64,000 nt of DNA from Tubiluchus corallicola (lineage: Eukaryota > Animalia > Priapulida), in contig JAQGDQ010000475.1 of assembly GCA_030141605.1 (NCBI GenBank), positions 1 through 64,000 of the forward strand. Reading direction: 5' to 3'. The position numbers and the translations under genes are program-made. Positions 44,269 to 57,783 of the stretch are shown here, piece after piece. The first letter of the stretch is position 1. Every line of letters starts with the position of its first letter. Under the pieces are notes generated by a model that saw only the letters and a program-made list of their open reading frames with translations, was not told the origin of the DNA and ran no database searches.

Positions 44269-45590
44269 CAAGTAGTCGTAGACTTGCGACTTACGCGACT
44301 TAAGAGCGTTCGACTTTACGACCCAACCGGAACTTGATTAATTACAGGAAGTCATTAACTTGCGACCTACGCGACTTAAGAGCGTTCGAATTTACGACCC
44401 GACTGGAACTTAATTAATTACGGGAAGTCATCAACTTACGACCTACGCGACTTAAGAGTGTTCGACTTTACGACCCGACCGGAACTTAATCGATTACAGG
44501 AAGTCATTAGCTTGCGACCTACGCGACTTAAGAGCGTTCGACTTTACGACCCGACCGGAACTTAATCGATTACAGGAAGTCATTAGCTTGCGACCTACGC
44601 GACTTAAGAGCGTTCGACTTTACGACCCGACCGACCGGAACTTAATTAATTACAGGAAGCCATCAACTTACGACCTACGCGACTTAAGAGCGTTCGACTT
44701 TACTACCCGACCGGAACTTAATTAATTACAGGAAGTCATTAACTTACGACCTACGCGACTTAAGAGCGCTCGACTTTACAACCCGACCGGAACGTAATTA
44801 ATTACGGGAAGTCGTCAACTTACGACCTACGCGACTTAAGAGCGTTCGACTTTACGACCCGACCGGAACTTAATCAATTACAGGAAGTCATCAATTTACG
44901 ACCTACGCGACTTAAGAGCGTTCAACTTTACTACCCGACCGGAACTTAATCAATTACAGGAAGTCATCAACTTACGACCTACGCGACTTAAGAGCGTTCG
45001 AATTTACGACCCGACCGGAACTTAATTAATTACAGGAAGTCATTAACTTACGACCTACGCGACTTAAGAGCGTTTGACTTTACGACCCGACCGTAAAGTA
45101 ATTAATTACAGGAAGTCATTAACTTACGACCTACGCGACTTAAGAGCGTTCGACTTTACGACCCGACCGGAACTTAATTAATTACAGGAAGTCATTAGCT
45201 TACGACCTACGCGACTTAAGAGCGTTCGACTTTACGCCCGATCGGAACTTAATTAATTACGGGAAGTCATCAACTTGCGACCTACGCGACTTAAGAGCGT
45301 TCGACTTTACGACCCGACCGGAACTTAATTAATTAATAATACAAAATCAACCATTCTCTCTATCATTTTAAACAAATAAACTTTAATTTGCTGTCTGTTT
45401 TGAAAAATTAATAGTAGGCACTGCCATACTTAGTGTGGGTACAAACACAGTGGCTTGTGGGTAGCGACACAATGCTTGAATATACGACTCACTCGTCCAT
45501 CCCATGCATCTCACGGCGAATCCGTCAGAACCGACCGTGGTCGTAAGTCTGACCGTGGATGAATACCTGTAATTAATTGCTTCCTGGGCC
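44269..45590 (+). mobile_element. Tigger-like element whose left end is amplified into a 76-bp tandem array
   Basis: TA|CAAGTAGTCGTAGACTTGCGAC start and GTCGTAAGTC..TACCTG|TA end; about 14 units at 44281-45335. Confidence 0.55.
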
Positions 45591-47084
45591 TCGACGTTGC
45601 ATTTCACCCACCCTCCAAAAAAATTTTGTCCAGTTTTATTCATGAAACTGCGGAAAATCACACACTAACCAAACGCGCTAGCAATGGCTTCCTGGGATAC
45701 CGCATCGTTTCCGCGACGCTGAATTTGTAAACAATGCTACACGGCGAAATCTGATAACCGAACGCAAAAGTTTTTCACAACTAAGGACCGAATTTAGCTG
45801 GCTCCATCTAACGAGAAAAACGTGCAACGTCGAGTACCAGATTTTCCTTGAAAATGACACCCGATTTTCTCTCACACAAATAAAGAAAAATTCAAGAGTG
45901 TCAGAAAATCTTTTCAAAAAATCAAAAAAGTTAGAACATTTTCTTTCTATTTTTGCGTAAAACTGAAACTTTACAAAACGCTCTGCATTTAACCTTTAAA
46001 CTAAACTAGCCAGGAGTTTGGGAGAAAGAACAACAATAGACTGATTCAGGACTCTGTCTTCTCAAAAATCAATGAAATGAAATGACTAAATGACAATTCT
46101 TAATTGAATGCTTATCTTAACAACGCGTTAACGGCGACTTCAACTGCGTACGGCAACGGCAAGCGAGAATCGTTACTTCGGCAGTCCATGCACTGACGGC
46201 CGATATTTCTCGCATCGTGATTGTCATCCGAGACGCACGATAGTATAGAAACTGAAGATGCATTCCGTGCAGCAGCAGGATGGGTGACCAGCATCGAAGA
46301 TTTCTACATAAAATGTGCAGAACGCCGACCATTGTCGTTGATTGAGTGAGTATAAAAATTAAATCTCTTCACTATTTACAAGATGTGAACTGACGTGACG
46401 ACCGACGGTGCCCACGGTACCTAGAGTGATAAAAGGTAAAAGAAAAAAATGAAATCAGTTAAAGGAACCCAAACAATGCAGCTTACGCATACACGTTAAA
46501 TATTATATATGGCACAGCAGGTATTTTTGCATTAAAGGAAGAGAGGATGATTTTTATATATTACCCCATTTTCAAGTCCGATAAGTGTAACAGTTAAATT
46601 TGTTAATAAAGTGTATTATTAGTGTGGCCACAATTTATACAAATCGTTATGTTTCTCTAATGACTATTTTTGACTGGATTATTTTCACAGCACAATTAAT
46701 ACAAAATCACAGGTAAGAGCAAATCAATCAACACCCACTAAGGTTTAAGCGTAATGCAATCTTTTCACTGCCATAAATTAGACATAAATTAGTGTTAACA
46801 GTGCACGATCAGGGCAGGCTCTCTCCCTCTCTTTAAAGCTATTTGGCATCAAATTCAATTTTTTCGATATCAATTATTAAGAATACCGTAAGTAAACTAA
46901 TTTTGCTTGGAAAAATTTTGAGACATATTTTAAAATGACTCTTTCCCCCCCATGGAGAAATCTTTGCCTGTATGTGCATATGCACCAAAGCTGTCGACTG
47001 ACTGTACAGTATTCTAAGTACAAATCCTTAAAAGAGGAATTATAAATAGATTAATTACCTGTAATACCTGTGCAAAAGCCACAG

Positions 47085-47230
47085 CTACCACAGCCGATGT
47101 AAATGCAGGTTTCGACTAAGAACTGATCTCACGTCGCTGGAAAATCGCAACGCGTCTAAAACCGGAAGCAAGTTTAGCAGTGCCGTGTCGCTGGGGTCGG
47201 AAAACCATGATTTAATCGGCAAGGCATTAT
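47085..47230 (-). CDS. CTDNEP1: CTDNEP1 coding exon 7 (last)
   Basis: [48 protein letters not shown]. Confidence 0.95.
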
Positions 47231-50200
47231 CTGCAAAAAGAGTAGCCATTGAAAGTTTGAAAAACCATGATTAAATCGGCAAGGCATTATCTGCAAAAGA
47301 GTAGACATTGAAAATTCCGGAAACCATGATTAAATCGGCAAGGCATTATCTGCAAAAGAGTAGACATTGAAAATTCAGGAAACCATGATTAAATTGGCAA
47401 GGCATTATCTGCAAAAGAGTAGACATTGAAAATTCAGGAAACCATGATTAAATCTGCAAGGCATTATCTGCAAAAAAGTAGACATTGAAAGTTTGGAAAA
47501 CCACGATTAAATTGGCAAGGCATTATCTGCAAAAGAGTAGACATTGAAAATTCAGGAAACCATGATTAAATCTGCAAGGCATTATCTGCAAAAAAGTAGA
47601 CATTGAAAGTTTGGAAAACCACGATTTAATCGGCAAGGCATTATCTACAAAAGAGTAGACATTGAAAGTTTGAAACTGTGGCTGGTGTAAGAGAATATTT
47701 TGCCTGTCAGAATACATTGTTTAGACGTTTTCATCAAGAGAAACTGCAATAGTTTCAGGTTCAAATCCTGGTTAACTTGATCCTGATTTTTATGTCTTTT
47801 TCATAAATGTTGGGTGAATGCATGAAAAGCAACATTTTTTATTCACATGATTCTAAACGTCACTTCATAATACGGAGCTTTCTCTTTCTGTTAAGGGCAT
47901 GAACTTAAGGCAGTAATACACTTCTGCCATATTGGAATTAATTATTTTCGGGGAGAACGAATGAGTGAATGAATGAATGAATAACAAGCAAATCATGGCA
48001 AGTAATTATGCTGCACATTAAGTTCATCATAATTTTAATATTTTGACTTGACCATGGCTCAACTTGATTTAACTAACTATGGCATGACTTGATTTGACTA
48101 TGCCTCAACTTAATTTAACTATGGCTAAACTTGAATTAACTATGGCAAAACTTGATTTAGCTATGACTCAACTTGATTTGACTATGGCTCAACTTGATTT
48201 AACTATGGCTAACTTGATTTAACTATGGCTCAATTTGATTTGACTATGGCTCAACTAGATTTAACTATGCCTAAACTTGATTTGACTATGACTCAACTTG
48301 ATTTAACCATGCCTCAACATGATTTAACTATGGCTCAACATGATTTAACCATGCCTCAACATGATTTAACTATGGCTCAACTGGATTTAGCTGTGGCTCA
48401 ACTTGATTTGACTGTGACTCAACTTGATTTGACTATGACTCAACTTGATTTAACTATGGCTCAACTAGATTTAACTATGCCTAAACTTGATTTGACTATG
48501 ACTCAACTTGATTTAACCATGCCTCAACATGATTTAACTATGGCTCAACTGGATTTAGCTGTGGCTCAACTTGATTTGACTGTGACTCAACTTGATTTGA
48601 ATATGACTCAACTTGATTTAACTATGCCTAAACTTGATTTGACTATGACTCAACTTGATTTAACCATGCCTCAACATGATTTAACTATGGCTCAACATGA
48701 TTTAACCATGCCTCAACATGATTTAACTATGGCTCAACTGGATTTAGCTGTGGCTCAACTTGATTTGACTGTGACTCAACTTGATTTGACTATGACTCAA
48801 CTTGATTTAACTATGGCTCAACTAGATTTAACTATGCCTAAACTTGATTTGACTATGACTCAACTTGATTTAACCATGCCTCAACATGATTTAACTATGG
48901 CTCAACTGGATTTAGCTGTGGCTCAACTTGATTTGACTGTGACTCAACTTGATTTGACTATGACTCAACTTGATTTAACTATGGCTCAACTTGATTTAAC
49001 TATGGCAAAACTTGATTTAGCTATGCCTCAACTTGATTTAACTATGAATGCAACAGTAAGCACACAATGTGATTTTGCACAAACCTGTATAGAACTACTG
49101 TATAGATCAACAAAAAGCATGATTAAAAGACACAACAATATGACACAACAATATGTCACAACAATAAGTCACAACAGTATGTCACAACAATATGACATAA
49201 CAATATGACCTAATAATATGACACAACAATATGCCACAACAGTATGTTACAACAACATGACACAACAATATGACCTCATAATATGACACAACAATATGAC
49301 ACAACAATATGTCACAACAATATGACACAACAATATGTCACGACAATATGACAGAACAATATGTCACAACAGTATGTCACAATAATATGACACAACAATA
49401 TGACCTAATAATATGACACAACAATATGACACAACAATATGACACAAAATATGTCACGGCAATATGTCACAACAATATGTCACAACTCACCTGGATAAGA
49501 CCTATAAGCAGCTGGGGAATTATCTAATATAAAGATACTGGAAAGATCGCTGTGTATCGCTGATAGGTCTTTCGTATAACTACCAAATTCTAACGTGCAA
49601 TGCTGAAATGAACAAGAAAAATCTTAAAAATCCGGGTAGCAGGTACTCCAGGGCCTCTCGGTATTCAGCAGCAAACTCGCGCACATCAGGGTAACACGCC
49701 TATCTTGGCAATAACTTCATTTTTTAATATGGTAACAAATGCCACCACTTTTTTTATTGGTTTGTATTGCCATAGTAGCTGCCCCATAGTAAATGGCAAG
49801 TTTAACTGCACTCATATCTCGGTTTGCTGCACAAAGCTGGGAGATGTCAGACTGAATTTGCCGATTGTCCGTATTTACCGATACCAAGCTAAGGCAGTAG
49901 GCACCGTGTATTAGATTCACGCTAATGAATGTAGAATCAATCGCCTAATTGTCTCAAAAATGTCTAGTGCGGACCGCTCCTGACATACCAGCTACACAGG
50001 TATCGTTATGCGCTGCTTAGCTCCACTGATGTAACGATGTAAACAAAGTGGCGGCCCATCAACTAGCGGTCAGCTCACAAATTAGTGGCCTGTCTCCGTA
50101 GTATGCGGGACTTTTTAGCGGTCCAGATTTTGTCCGATTTTTGCAATATCCGTGTACGCGAGGTCCGGCAAGACGAGATATGAATGCACACCAACTTGTG

Positions 50201-53200
50201 TTTTTTCTGCTCACCCTGTACTGAATTTCTTCTTAGTAATTTTCATAAAATTCTTAAACGACAATGTCTTTTTTGTTTGGTTACCATGCTGTCAGTACAC
50301 ACATGCCAAACGGGGGACAAGTAATTGTATCCAACGACATCATAAGAAGTAAACATAACAAAGCTTTGAACAAGTAAAAATCGGTTTCCGTGTTAAATTT
50401 TTTGCAAAAACTATCAAACTACTAACCGCATACGTTTTATTCATTTATATTTGTATTTTTTTCTATTTTCTTTCGTATTTTTGCTTTTATAAAATAAGTC
50501 ATTCGGCGCGTGAGTAAACGGGGCTGTTGAAATTTAGCAAACACCGGTGAGAAAGTCAGAAAGCCAAACCCCCGGTGGTAAGCGCACGAGCGAAAACATT
50601 TTGCAATTCAGCATTTAGAAGCTTCTTAAACCACAGATTAATTAAAACTTCGCTGTAAACATTACAATTCCGGGATGTTGCTAACTGCATACGTCAACAT
50701 AGAAAAGATACAAGGTTTATTTAACATGGAGGCATAATAAACATGACAAGCTTAGTTTACTGACCACGGGAACCTGCATAAAGCCTCTGTGTTGACTTAC
50801 CAGAATTTCCGGAAGGACCGGGGAAGCTGTGTACAGCCTCTGCGCTGACTTACCAGAATTTCCCGGAGGACCGGGGAACCTGTGTACAGCTTCTGCGCTG
50901 ATTTACCACCAGAATTTCCGGGAGGACCGGGGAACCTGTGTACAGCCTCTGCGCTGATTTACCACCAGAATTTCCGGGAGGACCGGGGAACCTGTGTACA
51001 GCCTCTGCGCTGATTTACCACCAGAATTTCCCAGAGGACCGGAGAACCTGTGTACAGCATCTGCTCTGATTTACCAGAATTTCCGGGAGGACCGAGGAAC
51101 CTGTGTACAGCCTCTGCGCTGATTTACCAGAATTTCCCAGAGGACCGGGGAACCTGTGTACAGCCTTGTACAGCCTCTGCGCTGATTTACCAGAATTTCC
51201 GGGAGGACCGGCATTAAATTTGCAGCCAGCAGGGAGTTCATCTAGTAAGTTACAAGAAGTTTACCTGTCGATAGTACCGTCGCTTCAAAATACCCTTTCT
51301 ATTGTCCAATCTCTCAGTGACCGCGGCACCGTAGATTTCCATACTTGCAGTAAATATGACTAGTTCATACCATTGACTGACCTGTGAAAAGGGTTATGAC
51401 GTTAGTTACAGGGGAACTGAATCCAAATTTAGACTACATCATCATCATCGTCATCTAATGAATCACACGTCCAGGGACATGATTCCGCTCATCTACCTAT
51501 GCCAGATCATCATCTCATCATCATCATCATCACCATCATCCAATGAATCACACGTCCAGGGACATGATTCTGCTCATCTCCCTATGCCAGGACTCCCTAC
51601 ACGCTGCAATGCCCCAAGTGCATTTATTTCTAAGGATCAAAGCTGAAGTGTTTAAATCTCTCTGTGCAAAATCTAAATATGTTAACATTTGTCCTCCTGC
51701 AGGTTTTTTAGCTGGTTCTATGGCTTGATGAAGAGCTATCTTCACTGGATTATCATCAGATAGTCTAAGCATATGATGCCCAATCCATCTTAAACGACAG
51801 ACACATTCTCAAAATTTCTACAAAATTGTCATGACATTTGCAGTCATTTGCTTAAAACGTCCTTGGAAAACGGTTTAGATCAGTGTTGCTTCGGATACAC
51901 TTTTCGCCGGATAGCGAATACATCTTCAAATTGACTTCCGGATTCGGATTATAACCGGATAGGTTAGCTAAATTCGGATCAAATATGAGGATCAGTTCAG
52001 ATAATGAAAAATTGGTACATGTTTGCAAACTTTAGTGTTTTAATTTCGTCTGTCAAAAAAAGAGATATCATCTTAAAGGACCTAGCCCAAAGATACACCA
52101 TATTGCCACACACAAACGAAAAAAGATGTGTGTAAAATTTTCGTATTGAAAACACAAACATAGGCTAAAATGATCTCTTGTAAATAATTTATTTATTCTC
52201 GGCTGATAAATTATTCGAAAACCGTTTTCAATTGCACTAAATGAAAACCAGATAGCGAATATTTTCGAATATCAACTTTTATAACTACCGGATAATATCA
52301 GATACGAATACTTGTAGAATATCGCGAATATTACCATTTTCGGATATGAATTGGATATCCGAAGCAACACTAGTTTAGGTATTCTTCGAAGTTACGAATG
52401 TCATAAAACAGATTAATTGTCATTTCTTTGATTAGAATCAAATTAAACAGATAAGGAAGTTAAATCCAATGTTTTCTTTTTTAATCGTCTGTAGGCGAGA
52501 AAGAACTTAGACGATCGATCGGTAAAATTATGCGAACAAAAACTTTCCGGATAGTTCAAAACAGGTTCATGAAAATGTATAAGAACTTTTGTTTAACCCA
52601 GAGATAATGATGGATTTTGATTTTTTTGAATTCGATTATAATCTTGTTTTAGTAATTCGATATCACGATTAATCCTTTTTATTGTTTGAGCTATTTTCAT
52701 TTTTCAAACATTTTCGTATTTGAAAGGTATTTTTATAGATGCGTACATTCATTAATTACTCTATTACTACGTCACTATACAAATCAATGAAGAATGAATA
52801 AGAAGCATCAGTTTGCAACACTGTACTTTGCAAATGTGTGCATTGTGTAAGGTGAGAAAAATGAAGAAACAATGAAAACATTTTTCATTTACTTGTGCTA
52901 AAACACTACCTTTTAGTCGGTGCGTAACACACATATTTTGATTTCGATTAATCTCGATAAATTGACTTAATAATAATATAAAAATAATAATCTTTATTTA
53001 AAGTCGGCTTTTGGGTCAACAATTAACATTAGCTAAAAGAGCTATTATCGCCGACTGTAAATAACAACCTAAACCAACATAAAAGAGACTATTATTACCG
53101 CACTTTCACCCTAAATACCACGCGTCAGACAGGGCAACAGCAGGTACCATTTTTAAAGTCTTTGGTATGACCCGGACGCTGGTTCGAACTCACGACCTCC

Positions 53201-56200
53201 CAGACGGAAAGCAGAGGGAATTACTACTAGTCTAAACCCTCTGGTAAATTATTATTATTATTATTAAATAGCTGATTATGTTGACTTACACATGGTTGTA
53301 ATCTCGATTAATTCGATCAATCTATTAATCGCCCTTCACTACAGTCAGAGATATGCCAGTAACTATCGTAGTGTTGAGAGTATTGATGAAAAGTACTGAA
53401 ATTGTTTAATACTTACAATTTCTAAGAAATAATCAACATGTGGCCTTTTATGTACAAAAAATCGGACAGGATGCCTATCAATTATAACCTGCAAAAAAAA
53501 TTGATGATTTAAATTCCGTACTATTCAGTCGAGCTTGGTTTCAAAAATTCAACAATTATGGGTACACAATCAAGCTTGGTTTCAAAAATTCAACAATTAT
53601 GGGTACACAATCAAGCTTGGTTTCAAAAATCCAACAATTATGGATGCACAATCAAGCTTGGTTTCAAAAATTCAACAATTATGGGTATACAATCAAGTTT
53701 GGTTTCAAAAATTCAACAATTATGGATACACAATCAAGCTTGCTTTCAAAAATTCAACAATTATGGGTACACAATCAAGCTTGCTTTCAAAAATTCAACA
53801 ATTATGGGTACACAATCAAGCTTGGTTTCAAAAATCCAACAATTATGGATACACAATCAAGCTTGGTTTCAAAAATTCAACAATTATGGGTATACAATCA
53901 AGTTTGGTTTCAAAAATTCAACAATTATGGATACACAATCAAGCTTGGTTTCAAAAATTCAACAATTATGGGTACACAATCAAGTTTGGTTTCAAAAATT
54001 CAACAATTATGGATACACAATCAAGCTTGGTTTCAAAAATTCAACAATTATGGATACACAATCAAGCTTGGTTTCAAAAATTCAACAAATAGAATTCAAG
54101 AAAATGGGCAACTGAAGCCGAAATAGGTATGAAAAACAGAATTGGCCCGATTTCCATCTTTGCTGCAAAATTAATGCATACTACAGATAGAATTTACTTC
54201 ACTTGTTACTTTCATTCAAAGCTAAGCAGTTTTTTCAGCCTTTCGCGACCTTAATAAAAGTTCTTTGCCAAGTTTTATTTTTTATGCAACTTGCTTTCCT
54301 ACTTTCACTAAGCTTTTGCATTTTCCACGAGAAATATGGAAAATTCTTTAGACCGAGCTTCTAGCGAATAGCAATACGTTTGTGGAAAGGTTTCCCTGTT
54401 CACACAAAAACGATCCGACGATGTTAAGCGTATGACAGCTAGCCAGGAAATTTCCCGGTGATTTGTACAAATATGACAGGATATTGTTCTGCAACTTTTG
54501 TGTGCAAATTAAATGTTGGCATATTTATTTTATCTTAGCCGAATACAAATACCTGATAGACTAGATACTTAATTAATACAAAAATTTATTTATTAATACA
54601 AAATCGATCACACATCACATAATGTAATGATAAATACTAGTTACAGGGCCATGTAGTTTCTAGTTTCTATGAAGTGGAATTGAAACGGAATTGACGATTC
54701 TTTGAAACAGAATTTGTCCAATTTGACATACAAATGTACATATAAATGCATAGAAATCTCAAGATGGATTCTTCCATTGGCACTTTTCTCTTGGCTTACA
54801 TAGGAAATACAGATTAGCACAGTGCATTGAGTTTCTTTACCGTAATCTGTGCAATGCGGTCACGTAGATCTTGATTCACCGTCTAATGAAAAGTTAATTT
54901 GTTTGGACGCCTGAAGAAAAAGAATTCACCTTACCACAGTTCAAGTGTGGAAGATATCCCAGTTAAAATCAATGATGATATTACAGGGATGTGAATGACA
55001 AATTGCAAAAAACAGGCCGGGGGGTTGGGGGCCGTGCAGACCGCCACAGGGGTTCAAGCCCCTTGCAGCCAGCAACAAATTGCAATTTTGTGACCATACA
55101 GAACCTCTAAGGGGACTTAAAATATCAGTTATTTGTTTTGTGCATAATTTAAAATACCCAACTATCAAGGATACATGATACCTAATTGTCTCAAAAACGT
55201 CTAAGTACTGGCCGCTCCTATGCAAAAGTATATAAAAACTGTCTGCAATTGACTCAAATAACTCTGCACAATTGACTCTACATTTTTATACAAAGAGATA
55301 TACACGTGGTTACACTGATGTACGTGACGTAAACAAAGTGACGGCCTGCCAACTAGCGGTCAGCTTGTGAAATAATGTACTGGGTCCGTAAAACATTTCT
55401 CAACGAATTTACGCGATTTACAAAAACGGCACTATTGGTCTTCCAAAAATTCAAAATTCCGCATATCCGCGGAAAATTCTCATCCCTGGATATTGAAGAC
55501 CGCTCGCGCGTGTAGCAGAAACGTCTTGCATGACCTGACAAAAATGTTCTGACTGCGATTGAGGCGACACACAATGTGGGGAATCTTTTTATGCAAAGTT
55601 GTATTACTTAGCATTCGTCGTTGCTATTGTTTACATGTTCCTTCTCACCTGTCTTGTTTTGTTTACTTTATTATTTACTTTACCACTTGTTTATAATACG
55701 TTTAACAAACACGCAGTAGTTTTTGCCCTGAAAATGTAAAATGCTTTAGCTCTGGGAGGGCGGACAACCGCCCCTCCTGACCCCCGCCTCGTACGAATTC
55801 GTGAATGTAAGCATGAATTTTGATCTAAAACTGAATAGTATCCAAAACTACCAAAGTACAATTTCTATTACCGCAGAAAGAGAGCTCTTCTTACCTTTAG
55901 TACAAAATCTGGTGGCGTCCCAGGCTTAACGGTTGGTCGAAGAACGCCATCGTGATGAGAGTGTATCAACGTCTCGTCTAAGTCTAAAACAAGCACTTTC
56001 CTGTGCACTATACCTATTATAATAGAAAACGAGTTAGGAGACACCGCAAAGACCAAAACGAATTTACACGGGGAAGAAAAGAGAATTTTATGCATCCCAA
56101 TGAACTTTCCGTACAAAGTTATATTACTTAGCATTACGCTTACCTGTTTGAAAGATTCGTGCAATTGGAAACCGAAATTCCTATTAATTTAAAGGACAAG

Positions 56201-57783
56201 AAAAGGTGTACCTGAAATACGTTTCAGAAAAATCGCCTTAAAAATTACACTACTTTGCAGCAATTTTATGCTTATATCTTACTCGCACTGAAAGGAATTT
56301 TAGTTTGTTTTCATTTTAAATCTCCCGCAATACTGTTCCGAAGTCGCCATTACATGATGTCATGTACCAAACGTAAATGAAGGGAAGAGAAAGCAATGTT
56401 AAATTATATCTCAAAAGTCTTTCCTAGTGTGCACCACTGATTCACCGAAAAACACAGTATTGATCTTACTAACAAGACAAAGTAATTTGTACATTCACTT
56501 AGTTAATGAAATGCACATTATGGATCTTCTAATTACTGTTTCAAATACAAGTTTTATACTGGGCTACTGTTAATGCAGGCTCAGTATGCAATAAGACGAC
56601 ATGTAAATGGTATAAAATTTCCAAGACAAATTTTTAACCGTTATTTGTGAAAAGTGTTCCCTTGTGCTTTAAAGGTTTCTAAATATGAACAAAATATCTC
56701 CACCTTCATTTTCTCTCTTTCTCTTGCTGTGTCTCACTCATTCACTGTCTCTTTCTTTTCATCTCTCTCACATCTGTTCTCTTTTCTTTCTGGACTGGGG
56801 AAAAAACTTGGATTGGCACAGAAACGAAAAATGCCAACAAATGTCACAAGCACACCAACTAAGAACAGCATCACACTCTTACAATAATTAGCACGACGGT
56901 TATAAATCAGAGAAGGAGGCAGTGAAAAGTTATGGGACAAGCAGGACTCGAACCCAGAACCTTGTGATTTTACGTTGCACAATCTATTACTTAAATTTCC
57001 ACTGCAACAATTGAAAAACAGCAGCATCACATACTCACACAAGCCCCATGTCTTATTTACTGATAAAAATATTAGAGTACAAAATGGTTACTCAAGCTAG
57101 AAAAAATGTTTACTCACTAAGTCTATGCTTGGACAAGGGTGAAAGCGGTATACTTTCATAACGAATTGTCTGGTGTTGAATTGCCTATAATAAAATAAAA
57201 AATAATAATTACACTGAAACAGCAAATTTATAAAATCAGTATCTGTGCTACAAATGGAATACTAAAACCATTAAAACTGTTTCAACTGCCTTTATTATGC
57301 AACTGTAATAGTCACAATTGCATCTCACATAGTAATAGCCTATATCTTCAATTGTCAACTAGGCTAGTTACCAATACTAATAATGGCAGGCTTACACTTT
57401 AGGCGGTTCTTTTTGACGGGTTTTCGTATTGTCCAAATCAAAAATACTGATGGGCTTGGTGTAATTTTACTACTGTGCTACAGTTTCTAGTGTTTACTAC
57501 AATATCGAACATCTTGGCAAAGCGCCAAATCATGCTACAACCGATTCAGATTCATTATAACTAATAATATTAGTAACACAGATGTTAAAACGCTTGAGCA
57601 GTCGACTAAAGTGCAGTTATCAAATCATGATGGAAGAGTATCAATCGTAAAATAAAAAAATAACACAATAACCACAAATCCTACCGCTCTGACAGCTTTC
57701 CTGAGCACGTAGCATAAAAACTGCCAAATTCTTGACGCAAACAGTATAAACGCCCGAAGGCCCATCTGAAAGTCTTTTATCAT
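47085..57783 (-). CDS. CTDNEP1: CTD nuclear envelope phosphatase 1 (Dullard), complete, 243 aa
   Basis: Exons 57783-57685, 57184-57118, 56013-55895, 53488-53417, 51381-51265, 49602-49491, 47230-47085, all GT-AG and phase-consistent. Contains the DLDET HAD motif, [44 protein letters not shown] and ends NLHLHRLW*. Confidence 0.97.
47199..47672 (-). repeat. 59-bp tandem repeat x8 spanning the CTDNEP1 last 3' splice site
   Basis: ggcattatct at 47223, 47283, 47342, 47401, 47460, 47519, 47578, 47637. Confidence 0.92.
48045..49050. repeat. 21-bp minisatellite (CTDNEP1 intron)
   Basis: CAACTTGATTTAACTATGGCT variants with higher-order duplication. Confidence 0.93.
49130..49486. repeat. 14-bp minisatellite abutting a splice donor
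   Basis: ACAACAATATG(A/T)C(A/C) units up to the gtgag donor at 49490. Confidence 0.88.
49491..49602 (-). CDS. CTDNEP1: CTDNEP1 coding exon 6
   Basis: [37 protein letters not shown]. Confidence 0.95.
50765..51211. repeat. About 53-56-bp minisatellite, about 8 copies
   Basis: TTACCAGAATTTCCGGGAGGACCGGGGAACCTGTGTACAGCCTCTGCGCTGAT. Confidence 0.9.
51265..51381 (-). CDS. CTDNEP1: CTDNEP1 coding exon 5
   Basis: [39 protein letters not shown]. Confidence 0.95.
51437..51800 (-). mobile_element. RTE-like LINE 3' end with a (GAT)n tail
   Basis: [35 protein letters not shown] followed by a duplicated tail with ATG/GAT repeats. Confidence 0.6.
51881..52372. mobile_element. hAT MITE
   Basis: TIR CAGTGTTGCTTCGGATA / TATCCGAAGCAACACTA; 8-bp TSD GTTTAGAT/GTTTAGGT. 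Confidence 0.8.
53060..53245 (-). mobile_element. tRNA-derived SINE
   Basis: On the minus strand: gaggtcgtgaGTTCGAAccagcgtccgggtcataccaaagactttaaaaatggtacc (B-box plus a SINE-like body). Confidence 0.55.
53417..53488 (-). CDS. CTDNEP1: CTDNEP1 coding exon 4
   Basis: [24 protein letters not shown]. Confidence 0.95.
53532..54088. repeat. 41-bp minisatellite, about 13.5 copies
   Basis: AAGCTTGGTTTCAAAAATTCAACAATTATGGGTACACAATC. Confidence 0.93.
54984..55488. mobile_element. hAT-like MITE (CAGGGATG TIR)
   Basis: CAGGGATGTGAAT...ATTCTCATCCCTG with near-TSD gatatta/gatattg; inverted copy at 62604-63103. Confidence 0.7.
55895..56013 (-). CDS. CTDNEP1: CTDNEP1 coding exon 3 (catalytic DxDxT)
   Basis: [39 protein letters not shown]. 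Confidence 0.96.
56193..56668 (+). mobile_element. Kolobok-like element, internally deleted
   Basis: TTAA|AGGACAAG...CTTGTGCT|TTAA. Confidence 0.65.
57118..57184 (-). CDS. CTDNEP1: CTDNEP1 coding exon 2
   Basis: [22 protein letters not shown]|gtgagt. Confidence 0.92.
57685..57783 (-). CDS. CTDNEP1: CTDNEP1 coding exon 1
   Basis: [33 protein letters not shown]|gtagga; N-terminal membrane-associated helix. Confidence 0.88.

Noticed and set aside
37350-46500. Possible additional gene between the zinc-finger gene and CTDNEP1
   Set aside because: Only short ORFs without recognisable homology, and no consistent exon chain could be built.
48225-49208. 327-aa ORF of 7-aa repeats (MAQLDLT)
   Set aside because: Translation of a 21-bp minisatellite, antisense within a CTDNEP1 intron. 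Upstream units of the same array have stops and a frameshift.
53535-54126. Three overlapping 175-185-aa ORFs
   Set aside because: The 41-bp unit simply lacks stop triplets on one strand, so all frames are open; it is intronic and antisense.
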